Below, piece after piece: positions 33,000 to 47,185 of a stretch of 64,000 nt of DNA (position 1 is the stretch's first letter; every line of letters begins with the position of its first letter). The position numbers were made by a program, and so were the translations under genes. This DNA comes from the human T2T-CHM13v2.0 reference genome, Homo sapiens. The stretch lies in the NCBI RefSeq assembly GCF_009914755.1, contig NC_060926.1; one strand, given 5' to 3'. The notes under the pieces are model-generated. The model was not told the DNA's origin and made no database searches. It saw nothing but the letters and a program-made list of their open reading frames with translations.

Positions 33000-35601
33000 A
33001 TTTGACCTTCCTAAACTTCTTATTCGTTATCTGTTAAATAAGTATTATGTCTGCCCTCCCTACCTTAAAACGTTGTAAGGTTTAGATGAAAGAAATATAC
33101 ATGAAAGTACTTTGTAACGTACAGTACCTACAGACATTAGTGATTATGTTTGTGGGGCAAAAAAAGTAGGCAGGATGGAAGAAAGGAAAGCAAGGTTGCT
33201 CTTAAATTCATTCCAGCAGTATGGCTGGAAATGAATAATCTTCAAATCCTGAGCAGTTGCAAGATAAGGAAAGGATTACCATTCTGGGGGCACAGCAATG
33301 ACAGGGCCCTTTAACTGGCCACAGTGAATGCCAGTTCCAACCATTTCAGGTAATATTGTCTACAGTGTGCTGAGTGCCATGTTAGTTACTAGGGATACAC
33401 ACCATGACAAGAAACAGTCCTTCGCCCTCAAGAAATTCTCTATCTGGCTGTGGACAACACGGCTGTGTGTCTCTAGCAGGGGTGAGCCAGGATATGGCAG
33501 GCTGGGTGGAGCATGGTTGGAGCAGAAAAGGAGCTGGTTATTGTGACAGGGTCTGGCATGTTTTTTCCATCATTAAATGGAGTGATTTAAAAATAATACA
33601 CCATATTTATATTTTTAAGTCACAGAGAAAAACAAGGGTGTTTTAAAATTTGGTTAATTACAAAATCCTGTAATAACACTTTTTTTTTCTTTTAATACAT
33701 GGGGAGTGACAGCATCAGCATGATCTTCTTTACAGTTTTGTCATGTTTTAGGATTTTACTATGCTCATTTTAAGTTTCAGGGACATTATTGTCACGATGA
33801 AGTTCTACTCTGTTGCTTGTTGGTGTTCTAGTGGTGCAACACTAACTCTTTGGATGTCATTTTTAACTTCGTCTTTTGTATTCAAAAGTTGAATTGCTAG
33901 TGATCTTTATTTTGGTAGTTTTTAAAGGAAATAAGTGTATAATATATTATCCATACTAAATGAGAGGACCCACTGACAAGGATTACTTCCAATTAATGGT
34001 AATCATTTTGGGGTCTGGAATACCTTAAGTATTTTTTTTTTACTTGTTTCTTAGACAAATAATAAAATAAGCTTTTACTTTCTGAATATACAACAACAGG
34101 GATGGAGTGAGGGGAGACATTCCAGAAGATGCCAATAGTATAAGTTGCTAACCTAGGATTAATAACTCATTGCAGAAAATTCAGGAGATGACGGTCTAGT
34201 CTGGTACTGAATTAAATTATCTACGGTATTTAATGTTTTACTCTAGTAGATTTGCTGGTTTGGTGTCTACCTTAACTTAAATATTTAGAGAAAAATATGG
34301 AAAAGTTTGTGAGAAAATGAAGTCTTGTATAAACATCCTTGTCCTAATTGTTCACCTTTACTGCAGAAATCCCAGACTGGCACCAGTGTGGCCGAAGTTC
34401 ACACTGTGTTACTATAAATTTACATGATGTAGTGGATGTTTTAAGAGGTGGAGGCAATCCCATATTCAAAATTGAAAACAAAAAAAATATTTAAATACCC
34501 AAGTGAGTAAAAATGGACTCTCCTGGATAAGTCTGGACCATCTTTCAAAGATATTGAGCGTCTGGAATTTTTATGTGCATTTCGAGGCTGCAGTTTCCTC
34601 TGACAGACAATCCATTGTTATTACTGGCTGTAGGCAGTCCTGAAAGGGCAGAGTCAGGAAAGACAAAGAATTTACAGTACAGAACTTTCAATAATGTGTT
34701 GATGTCAGGAAAAGAGTTGAGCCATTTCTGATAAGAAAGAAGTGTTAATGTTAAGCAGCTGTAAATGTACTTTCTGTGATCTACTCCTGCAAAGTAACAG
34801 CAGGGTATTTCTTAGGCTTGGGTCACAGGATGAATTTGAGTAATCAATCCTTAAGTGAAAGCAAAGAGAGAATACTGGAAGATGTGACAGAGGTCAGCCC
34901 TGGGAATGGAACATGGAGTCTTTTCCAATTTGATGTTCTTGTCCCAGGTTTAGATTTGGCAGCAGCTACCTCCCTCCTTTAAGTCCTCACCACCATTCCC
35001 TTACAACAAATCAACATTTATCAGTAACTGTGAAAGCACAGTATCAAAATTATTTCTAAATTAGAGTTTGAGAAATGATTTTGAAATTTATATAGCATTC
35101 CTAGTACTCAGGCCAACTCTTCATAGCAACACACTCATTTTGATTCTTAAAGAAATGTGATATATTTTTTCCTAAATAGATTTAAAATTTTAATCAACAC
35201 ATTTGGCTTATATGATGAAAAACTGCCTGAGGCTATGGAATTGGGTAAGAACTTGTTATTTTGGTGAAGGTGCATATATTCTGAAGACGTATCTGCAAGC
35301 CATTGGGTACAAATACTGAATGTGAGTAAAATTTGGAAGTTGACTGCTTCAGGGTTCCAAATTGGGCCATCAATATTAGGATATATATAATTTTAAATCC
35401 AGTCTTAAACCTGTGTATGTTCAGAAAATCTTTTGTCAAAGAGTGAGTAATAAGTTTCTATTTTTCCAAAAGCAGTTTAACTAAGTATTAGGTGTTCAGG
35501 GACCAGATTCTTATTCAAGTCTTATTTTTAAGAGTTTGAAGTCAATAACTTATTTTCTTTGTCCCTCATCTCTTTTATTCCACTTATAAAGTATGCACAC
35601 T

Positions 35602-35880
35602 GGGCTGAACAAAGTGGCTCTCGCCTGTATCCCAGCACTTTGGGAGGTCAATGTGGGCAGATCACGAGGTCAGGAGATCGAGACCATCCTGACCAACATG
35701 GTGAAAGCCCGTCTCTACTAAAATACAAAAAATTATCCGGTTCATGGTGGCGCGTGCCTGTAGTCCCAGCTACTTGGGAGGCTGAGGCAGAGGAATCGCT
35801 TGAACCTGGAAGGCCGAGACTGCGCCACTGCACTCCACCCTGGCAACAGAGCAAGACTCCATTTCAAAAAAAAAAAAAAA
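35602..35880 (+). mobile_element. AluS with short internal deletion
   Basis: Lacks the ggaggttgcagtgag segment; TSD tatgcacact. Confidence 0.92.
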
Positions 35881-36559
35881 TATGCACACTAATTCTGGCT
35901 CTCCTGCTTTTGAAGGTATCACACATATAATACTCTTTGTGATAAAGCCTTAAATTATCAGAGTGGTAATACTTTAAGGCTTTATTAATCCAAAGTAAGT
36001 TGTGATATTTTAAGGCTTTATCAATCCAAAGTATTGTTACAGATATGAATAGTGGTACCTACATTGCATAGAATAGGAACTGAATCATGTAAATCAATGC
36101 TACATCATTTGAAGTCTTGCAGGAATGGACAAGACCAGTACTCAAAGCTAACAATATTTTGGCTTGATTTTACATAACTTTCAAATCATCTTCTCAGAAA
36201 GCTAAACCCCAGCTGCTCTTCAAGATAAGCCATGATGACAGAGTAGCTATAAAAGTAGTGTCTCATAGATAAAGAGAAGTATGAACAGGTTCAGGCTGGC
36301 TGAATAATAGCCCTTTTCTCTTTGAAAGGAAATGGAAGGAATGTAGCTGTATTTGCAGGTAATGAATTTCAATCCCTTATTACTTTCTTTGGGACACATT
36401 TACTACACACTGCATTAGGAAGGAGGAATTTACATTTAAGTATGGAAGTGGATCAGAAATTAGTAGATATATAAGATCAGGCAGATCTTTATCATTGAGC
36501 AAAGGTCTAAAGATAGTAGTGCAGTCTGTAATTCTGTAAGTGGATATATTGGAACCATA

Positions 36560-36785
36560 ACAACAGCAACAGCTAACATTTATTAAGTGCTCATTATTTA
36601 TTAGATACAGTATTATGTATCATCTGTTATTCATGTGTAAGGCAGGTAGTGTCTTTATTCCCATTTTGGAGATGAAGAAATCAAGGTATACAGTAGTTAA
36701 GAAACTTACTTAAGGTCATACGATCTGTGCTAGCTTTCAGATTCAGGGAACTTGACTTCAGAAACCATACTCTTAACCAGTATGC
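36560..36785 (-). mobile_element. MIR
   Basis: gctaacatttattaagtgc...cccattttggagatgaagaaatcaagg. Confidence 0.75.
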
Positions 36786-38158
36786 CAAACCACCTTCTAT
36801 GAATTTGAAACCACCTCCCATGAATTGATGAATTCATAATTCATCAGTTGGTGTTAATGGAAGTGGTGGAATATAGCCCTGAGGCCAAGTTCTAAATTGT
36901 TTAGGAAGTGACCCAAATACTGAGATAATCATAACAAAAAAAGAGGAGAGAAAAGAAAAAAAAGGAAGGAAGGGAGGGAGGGAGAGAAAGAAAAAGTCCA
37001 TTCCAACAGGCACTGGGTATTGGATATTATGGGAGTCTCCCATAAAGTATAAGGGGCCCATAACCAGGAGACTGAGACTTCACAGTAAGGAACCCAGCCA
37101 GTAGAAACTGGGATACAGGGCAAGGAAACTTTCCAGTAACAGTGGACTGGAATAAAATCAGAGCAAAATCAGAGATAAAATAATTCAAAGTAGAGGCAGC
37201 ATTTCTTGACAAAAGATTTCTTATGTTATCTCCCCTACTGAGGGCTGAAGTTGGCCCCAGAGTGAGATGCATAGTTATAAGTCAGGGTTAATGTAATAGA
37301 TTCAGCTCAGAGGCAAACAGAAGCAAGGGCACCGAGCCAGGTAGGCCATTACAAAATGGCCCAACTGGGTTAGAGTTCCAGGCAAGAGACTTATTTTCCT
37401 AACTTTACTAACATTATTTCTCCATTGTGGCAGCTCCCGCTTCTGTGGGACATGGCATCATGTAGCAGTGACATTAGATACCCAAAGACTGTGGAACAGG
37501 GAGATGAAGTTTCATAACATAATTACAAAATTTAACAGCACCCTTTCACATATTTTATGGCCCAATCTATGTTGTTATTCTTTTATTATTTTTTAAGAAA
37601 TGTAGTATGTTATGTAATATACTGATTGCAGAGTTCACGAAGCCATTTGGGAGATTACTGGGAGGAATAATTTGATATGAAATTATTATTTAATTATATC
37701 ACTTTCTTATTCTGTCTTATACTAACTTTTGCAGAATGTATATTATTTGGAGAGCCTTGTTTGATATCCTTAACAGACAGAGTAAACATTCAAGATAGTA
37801 CTTTTAGGAGAGTAGTTTGAATAGTTTTCATTTGCTAATTCCATCCTCTTTTTTCTGTGAAAGAGAAAAACAAAAACATTTTATTTTGTTTTCTTTCATG
37901 TAGTGTTTATCCATTGCCTCCATATTTTATAACAGCACCAAAGACTAGTTTTTCTGTTCTGTTTAAAGCTCATAGTTTCTTAGAACTAGTTGTAAATACT
38001 GTTAAGAGTCCCCCAAACAGTTTTTTAAGAACCTAATTTAGTTTCATTTGTACTAAGAAGCTGTTTTCTAGATGACTAACATCATATAGTGTTGTTTCCA
38101 TCAAAAATATTAGTCTGGCATTTGTCATGTTCTGTCCACTAAATAGCTTTGTTATTAT

Positions 38159-39574
<1,416 letters not shown>

Positions 39575-40309
39575 TTATGAAATGTGTCTGAGATACATAT
39601 ACAAAAGAAAAATACTAAGATATAGCATGCATCCAAGAAATGCAGTATCTTTCTGTTAACATAAATTATCTAAATTCATATAATTCATGTGCATTTCTGA
39701 GTCTCATCTCACATCAGACAGGCAGCCTGAGATGAAGAATGAGCACGGGCTCAGGTTGGGACCTGGTAAAAGCAGGCATCACCATTTAAGGAGCAGAGAC
39801 CTCTGCTAGGTTGTTTCACCTCTCTGAGTTTGTTTCCTCATGTATCAGTTGGGAATGATATCGAATTTGTATCATCCTTATGAAAAAACAAATATATATG
39901 AAGTTGCAAATATAGGTTTTCAACAAAAGTTAACAGCTATCACTCATTGGCATCTAGACTTTAAGATGATTCCACTCAAGAGAGCGACATAATTCTAAAT
40001 AAGAAAATGCTTTTGATGTAAGAGTCCATTTCCTGCCTCTCGGGCACGCCACCACAGCCTGAGGCTCCATTAGCTGTTGCTATCTGCAGTTAGTGATTTA
40101 GCTTGGAGCATATCGGGCGCTGTACTAAGTGATCTACATATGTTATTTCATTTAATAACAGCAATCCTTTCAGGAAATTTTGGTTTCTGACTTTCTACCA
40201 TGACTTTGACCTATGTACATTTTCTTTTAGACTATGTATTCTTTTGACTTTTGTCTGCCTTATTCTAGCCATTGCTTTGCACAAATTATGGCACTTTATG
40301 TCATCAAAC

Positions 40310-40800
40310 CATATTAGTTAGGAGGCTGTGGGATGCAAATAACAGAGAACCAGACTTGATCTGTCAAAAAATAAAGGGAATTTTTTTCATATACACAACT
40401 GGATAATTCTTCACCGGGTTCTATCTCTGTGATTCTTTTCACTCTGTCTTCCTCCATGGCTCTGCTTGTTGTATCAGAAATGGCTGCAGCAGTTCCTGAC
40501 ATGACATCTTTGTACTACACTCTCCAGAGGAATGGAGAGTTGCTGTTTTCCCAGAACGAAGCTCTTGGCTTCCTTCGACAGGACCAGTGTAGGTCTTGTG
40601 CTACCTCTGACACCATCACTTAGACCAGGGGCTTGGGGTCATTGACTGGCTTATCCCTGCTCTTCCCTGAGTCAATCAACGGACAAGAGGAATGGTGTTA
40701 CATTGCTTAGTTTAGACCTACACCCGAGGTTGTGGTCCATGTCACCCAAATCGCATGGGCATCATGGAGCAGGAGGTGAAATGGGTACAGGAAGGCCGTC
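40310..40800 (-). mobile_element. Old MLT1 (K/L-like) LTR
   Basis: tattagttagga...gcaaataacagagaacc start and tggctgcagcagttcctgac motif. Confidence 0.55.
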
Positions 40801-40824
40801 TTGCCCCCAGTGTCAAAGGAAATG

Positions 40825-41189
40825 GGTATTAGTCCATTTTCACACTGTTATAAAGAGCTGCTTGAGACTGGGTAATTTATAAATTAAAGAGGTTTAATTG
40901 ACTCACAGTTCTGCATGGCTGGGGAGGCCTCAGGAAACGTACAATCATGGCAGAAGGCAAAGGGAAAGCAAGGCATGTCTTACATGGCGGCAAGAGAGGG
41001 AGAGCAAAGGGGGAAGTGCCACACTTTTAAACCATCAGATCTCATGAGAACTCATTTACTATCACAGGAACAGCAAGGGGGAAATCCGCCCCCAAGATGC
41101 AGTCACCTCCCACCAGGCCCCTCCCTTGACATATAGGGATTACAATTCGAGATGAGATTTGGGTGGGGACACACAGCCAAGCCCTATCA
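40825..41189 (-). mobile_element. THE1/MST solo LTR
   Basis: gtattagtccattttcacactg...cagccaagccctatca; TSD aaatg/gaatg. Confidence 0.9.
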
Positions 41190-42041
41190 GAATGGTTACA
41201 ACATTTCACTTTTAATTATGACATGTTGCTAGAGGGTTTCTTTTAAAATTTTTTTATCAGTTTAAGGAAGTCATCTTCACAATTAAGTTTTTTTTTTTAA
41301 TCATGAATGGAAGTTGACTTTCATCAAATGATTTTTCTAAATCTGTTGAGATGATCATGTGGATTTTTTTCTTTATTCTATTAATGTGATAAGTTACACT
41401 CATTTTTAAAAACAACTTTAGCTATAATGGCATATAATAAACTGCACATATTTAAAGTATATAGTTTGATAGCTTTTGACATATGTGTATACCTGTGAAA
41501 CTATCACCATAATCAAAATAATGAACATATGTATCATTCCCTTCCAAACTTTTTTTTTTTTTTTTTTTTGAGACAGGGTCTCACACTGTGGCCCAAGCTG
41601 GAGTGCAGTGGCTCACTGCAACCTCTACTTCCCTGGGCTCATGTGATTCTCCAGCTTTAGCCTCCTATGTAGCTGGGACTACAGGCATGAGCCACCACAC
41701 CTGGCTAACCTGGCTAATTTTTGCATTTTTTGTAGAAATGGGGTTTCACCATTTCCTCAGGTTGGTCTTGAACTCCTGAGCTCAAAGTGATCTGCCCACC
41801 TTGGCCTCCCAAAGTGCTGGGATTACAGGTGTGAGCCAACATGCCTGGCCCCAAACATTTTCTTATCCCTCCTGTAATCCCTGTCTCCAGCCCCTTCCCT
41901 CCTACCCCTGCTCCACACCTGATCTACTTTCTGTCACTACAGATTAGTTGCATTACTAATTGAAGTTTTGAAGGTTAAATTAACTTTCCATTTCTGAAAT
42001 AAACCAGTTTGATCATTATGTATTAGCTCTCTCTCTTACAT

Positions 42042-43329
42042 TAAGGGAACTTCAAAAAGGTCACGGGAAAATGGAATTAAAAGATAAAAAGAAAAAATAT
42101 AAACTTTATTTTTCAACATAAGCTCTGTCAAGTTTAAGACACTTTTATAAGTGACAATGTCAGCCATTTAGTCCATCCCTAAAGAACTGAGGGTCCTGGG
42201 ATTTAACCATGTCAGTGCAGTCTTTTTCACATTAGTAACTGAAGAAAAGTGGGTGCCCTTTAATGATTTATTAAGATTAGGGAACAAAAAGAAGTCAGAA
42301 GGAGCCAAATCAGGTCGTAGGTGGTTGCCTAATGATTTTCCCGTTGAAACTCTGGCAAAATTGTCCTTGTTTGATGATAGGAATAAGAGGAGTATTGTCA
42401 TGGTGGAGAAGGACCCCCTGTTGAAGCTTTCCTGGGCATTTTTGTGCTAAGCTTTTGGCTTTCTCAAAACACTCTCATTGTAAACAGATTTTATCATTCT
42501 TTGGCTCTCCAGAAAGTCAACAAGCAAAATGCTTTGAGCATTCTCAAAAACTGTTGCCATGACCTTTGCTCATCACTAATCCACTTTTGCTTTGATGGGC
42601 CACCTCTACATCTTGGTAGCCATTGCTTTGATTGTGCTTTGTCTTCATGATCATACTGGTAAAGCCATGTTTCATCTCTTTACAATTCTTTGAAGAAATG
42701 CTTTGGGATCTTGATCCCACTTGTTTGCAACATCCATTGAATGCTCTGCTTTTGTCTGCAGCTGATACGAAGTGCAATGGTTTTGGCACCTACCAAGTGG
42801 AAAATTTGCTCAACTTTAATTTTTCAGTCAGAATTGTGTAAGCTGAACCAGTTGAGATGTCTGTGGTGTTGGCTGTTATTTTTTCGGTTAATCATTGGCC
42901 CTCTTCAATTAAGGCATGAACAAGATTAATTTTTTCCTTAAAAATTGATGCAGATGGTCTGCCCACTGTGGGCTTCATCTTCAACATTGTCTCATCCCTT
43001 CTTAAAATGAGTTATCCATTTGTACACTACTGATTTCTTTGGGGGATTGACCCCACAAAGTTTTTGTAAAGCATCAGGGTTTAGCCATTCTTCCACCCAA
43101 GCTTCACCATAAATTTAATGTTCTTGTTTCAATTTTAGCAGAATTCATGTTCCTCTGATGGGGCTCTTTTCAAACTGATGTCTTATCCTTCTTAGTGCCT
43201 CAAACTAGATCCTGTTCAGACATTTTATGACAAGTTAGCATAAGTTTATTCTGATGCAAAAAACCCCTGAAATCTATGCATAGGTTTTTCAAAATACACA
43301 TTTTCCATAAACTTTTTGAAGACCCCTAT
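42042..43329 (-). mobile_element. HSMAR2 mariner, near full length, transposase pseudogenised
   Basis: TIRs taagggaacttcaaaaaggtcacgggaaaatg / cattttccataactttttgaagacccct; ATG at 43148 (MNSAKIE...); PDLAPSDFFLFPNL motif; frameshifts. Confidence 0.92.
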
Positions 43330-43535
43330 TATTTCTGTATTTGTTTAACCAACATTTTGCTTCTATGTTTATAAATGAGATTGGGGTGTAAGTTTTCTTT
43401 CTAGTAATGCCCTTCTCATACTTTAGTATCAAGGTTATGCTAGCCTTGTAAGATGAGCTGAGGATGGGGAGAATGTTTCCTATTCTCTGTTTTATTCTCT
43501 GGAAGAATTTATATAAGACAGGTTTTTTTTTTTAA

Positions 43536-43830
<295 letters not shown>

Positions 43831-45155
43831 TGATCTGCCTGCCTTGGCCTCCCAAAGTACTGGGATTACAGGCGTGAGCCACCGCGCCTGGCCAACCTAT
43901 AGGGTTTTTTTTGGAAAGCTTTAAGTTATTAATTCAATTTTAAAATAAATAAGGGGTTGTTCACAGTTTTCTTCTTGTGCTGTTAGTTTTTATAAAAGGT
44001 ATGTTTTCTTGACTTTTTAATTGACTGTATGCACGTAATATGCATGCAGCATGAGCAATGAGAGTGAGACCCTGTCTCAAAACCAACCAACCAACAACAA
44101 CAATAAAACTCTATAAGCTCTGTGGTGACGTTTCCTCTTTTATTTCTGATATTGGTTATTTAAGCTTGCTTTCTGTATTTCTTCATTATTCTCCATGGGG
44201 GTTTATAAATTTATTCATCATTTGAAAGAACCAACTTTTACCCTTATTGATCTTCTCTATTGTATTTTTGTTTTCTGTTTTACTTGTTGCTGTTATCTTT
44301 TTATTTCCTTCCTTATATTTTCTTTAGATTTCTGGAATTTTTTTTGTTTGTTTTTTGTTTTTTGAGACAGGGTCTCACCATGTTGCCCAGGCTGGTCTCC
44401 AACTCCTGGGCTCAAGTGATCCTCCTTCCTTGGCCTCCCAAAGTGCTGGGATTACTAAATAGGTGTGAGCCACTGTGCCCAGCCTATTTTATTTAGATTT
44501 AAGTTGTTCTTTTCATAACTTTTTATCAAGGATGTTTAGCTTATTGCTTTTCAGCTTTTCTTCTTCTCTAATATATGAATTTGGGGGCCATAAACTTTAC
44601 TCGTAGAATAGTTTTAATGGTGCACCTCATAAATTTTAAAGAACATTTACTTCAAAATGGGCTCTAATTTCCACTGTGACTTTTTTCTTTGGCCTATGGG
44701 TTATTAGAAAGTATATTTCTTAATTTATAAGCATTGTGAATTTTCTAGGTAAATTTTTGTTATTGATTTCTAGTCTAATTTCTTTATGGTAAAATAATTT
44801 GTTTTGTATAAATTCAATTCTTTGGAATTTGTGGCAATTTGCTTTCACATATGATTTTGATAATGATCTATGCATATTTGAAGCCAATGTGTATATTCTG
44901 ATGTTTCAAGGTAGAGTATTGTATTTGTGACTATTAGGTCAAATACGTAAAAAGTATTGTTCAAATTTTACATATCGTTATAAATTATCTGATATACCTG
45001 AGAGAGGTATGTTCAGATTTCTCACTATGATTTTTAAATTTCTCTGTTTTGTCAATGTTGTTTAATATATAATTTTGAGCTATGTTACTAGGTGAATTAA
45101 AATGTAGAAGTATTATCTCTTAATAGAGAAGTTAAAGTTTTATCATTTTGAAATG

Positions 45156-45470
45156 CAGTTGTCCCTCCATATCCATAGGTTCCATATCTGTGGATTCAAT
45201 TGGGGATCAAAAATATTTGGGAAAAAATTGCATCTGTACTGAACACATACAGACTTTTTGTCTTGTCATTATTCCCTAAACAATACAGTATGACAACTAT
45301 TTATATAGCATGTATATTGTATTAGGTATTATAAGTAATCTAGAGATGATTTAAAACACATGGGAATACATTATATGCAAATACTATTCTGTCTTATGTC
45401 AGGGACTTGACTATCCATGGATTTTGGTATCCATAGGAGGTCTTGGAATCAATCCCACATGGATACCTGA
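45156..45470. mobile_element. MER2 (TcMar-Tigger)
   Basis: cagttgtccctccatatccataggttcc...ggtattataagtaatctagagatgattt. Confidence 0.85.
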
Positions 45471-46149
45471 AGGCCTTCTTTGTCTGATATAAATATAGCT
45501 TATATGCTATTGGCACATGTTTTCATTTTATATATACTTAAAATCTCCTAATGTATTATTATAACTATTGCTATATTTGGTTAAAAATTTAGGTTTATCC
45601 ACATGTTTGCCCTTTTCATTGTTCTTTATGCCTTCCTGCATCTTTGAGCTTCCATCTGGGAGCGGAATACACCCTTCAGTGTTGTCTTTAGGTTAGACTA
45701 TCGATACAAATTCTCTACATGAAGTGAAAAATGTTTTTTTTCTCTACTTCATTATTGAGGAGTAATTTTACTGGTAGAGAATTTTAGGTTTATAGCTATA
45801 TTCCTTCGGCACTTTGAAGATAATTCCATTTTATTCTGGCTTCTCTTGATTCTTTCAAGAAGTCAGCTGTCAGTCTGATACTTGCACCTTTGATGTTAAT
45901 CTGTCTTTTCTCTCAGGTTTCTTTTAATATGTCTTCTATAACTTTTATTTTTAGCATTTTTTACTATGTTGTGCTTTTCTTTTTCCTTATCTTGGTTTAA
46001 GTTTGGAGATCTACTTGAATCTGTGCTTTTGGCCAATTTTTGCAAAGTCTCAGTCATTATCTTCTTGAATATGCCTCTTTCCCATTCTCTCTTCCCTCTC
46101 TTCTGGATACCTTCTATCTATCTAACTTTCTGGACATGCATGAATGGGC

Positions 46150-46660
46150 CCCGGCAACCTATCTGACCCCATCCCCTGCCGTACTCTCGTTACTCGCTTG
46201 TCTCTATCTTGCTGTTTTTCTAACATGCCAAGCATGCTTCTTACTCCTAGATTTTTAAAAATATTGCTTCCTTAGCCTGGAACACTGTTTTCAAGATATG
46301 TCTAAGACTCATTCCCTTACATGATTCAGGTCTCTGCTCAAATGTGGCCTTATCAGAGAGGCTTTCTCTGACATTTATTCAAAATTATCATCCAGACCTC
46401 TCCTCTCCCATATTGTTCTCTAACTCTTTACCTGGTTTTATGCTTCTTCATAGCACTTACTACAATATGACACATTATATATCCAATATTTATTTGCTTA
46501 TTCTTTGTCTCTCTCCATTTGAATAGAAATTCTGAAGTTCTGTAAGAGGAGAGAGCTTTTTCCCACCCCCTCCTCACAGTTGTATCCCATCCCCTGGAAT
46601 AGTGCCTGGATTAGAGTAAATGTTCAATAAATATTTGTAGGAGAATGAATGAATGATTAA
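46150..46660 (+). mobile_element. L2 3' portion
   Basis: Ends ...atagtgcctgg...tcaataaatatttg...gaatgaatgaatga. Confidence 0.8.
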
Positions 46661-47104
46661 TAGATAGAAGATATAGGAAGAGTTCTCTACAGGAAGTAAA
46701 GAAAGTGGAGAAGGCAGAATAACAAACTAAGTAAGTCTTTTAATTTGTATGGTCTATATTTTAATCTTTCGAATGTAAAGATAGTATCATTGATCATATT
46801 TCTGTTCATCAATGTTACCTAAAATAGCAAAATGAAATATTAATATGTTTGAAGATATAGCTTTCATTAGTTTAAATTAACTATCTCATTTAGTTTAGGC
46901 ATATGGTCCACAAATTTTTAAGAACATTTAATTTTAATTTAAAAAATTAAGCCTACCAAATAAGATGCATTATTTTCCAGTGACTTAATATGTATATTCA
47001 AGACTTTTTCAATTTTTTATAGTATAAAATTATTGTGATTGCACATGAAAATTTATTATTTAAGCAAAATATTATGAGTGCTTATAAGTACAAAGGCTAA
47101 AACT

Positions 47105-47185
47105 GATATCCCTACCAACCACAAAAAAATAGGCCAGGCAGCTGGGTACTGCCTAGCCTATTTTTTTGTGGTTGGCAGAGATATC
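47105..47185. repeat. Inverted repeat, 37-bp arms (34/37 identical), 7-nt loop
   Basis: gatatccctaccaaccacaaaaaaataggccaggcag-ctgggta-ctgcctagcctatttttttgtggttggcagagatatc. Confidence 0.95.

Noticed and set aside
42168-42929. Cluster of overlapping ORFs
   Set aside because: Frameshifted pieces and shadow frames of the HSMAR2 transposase.
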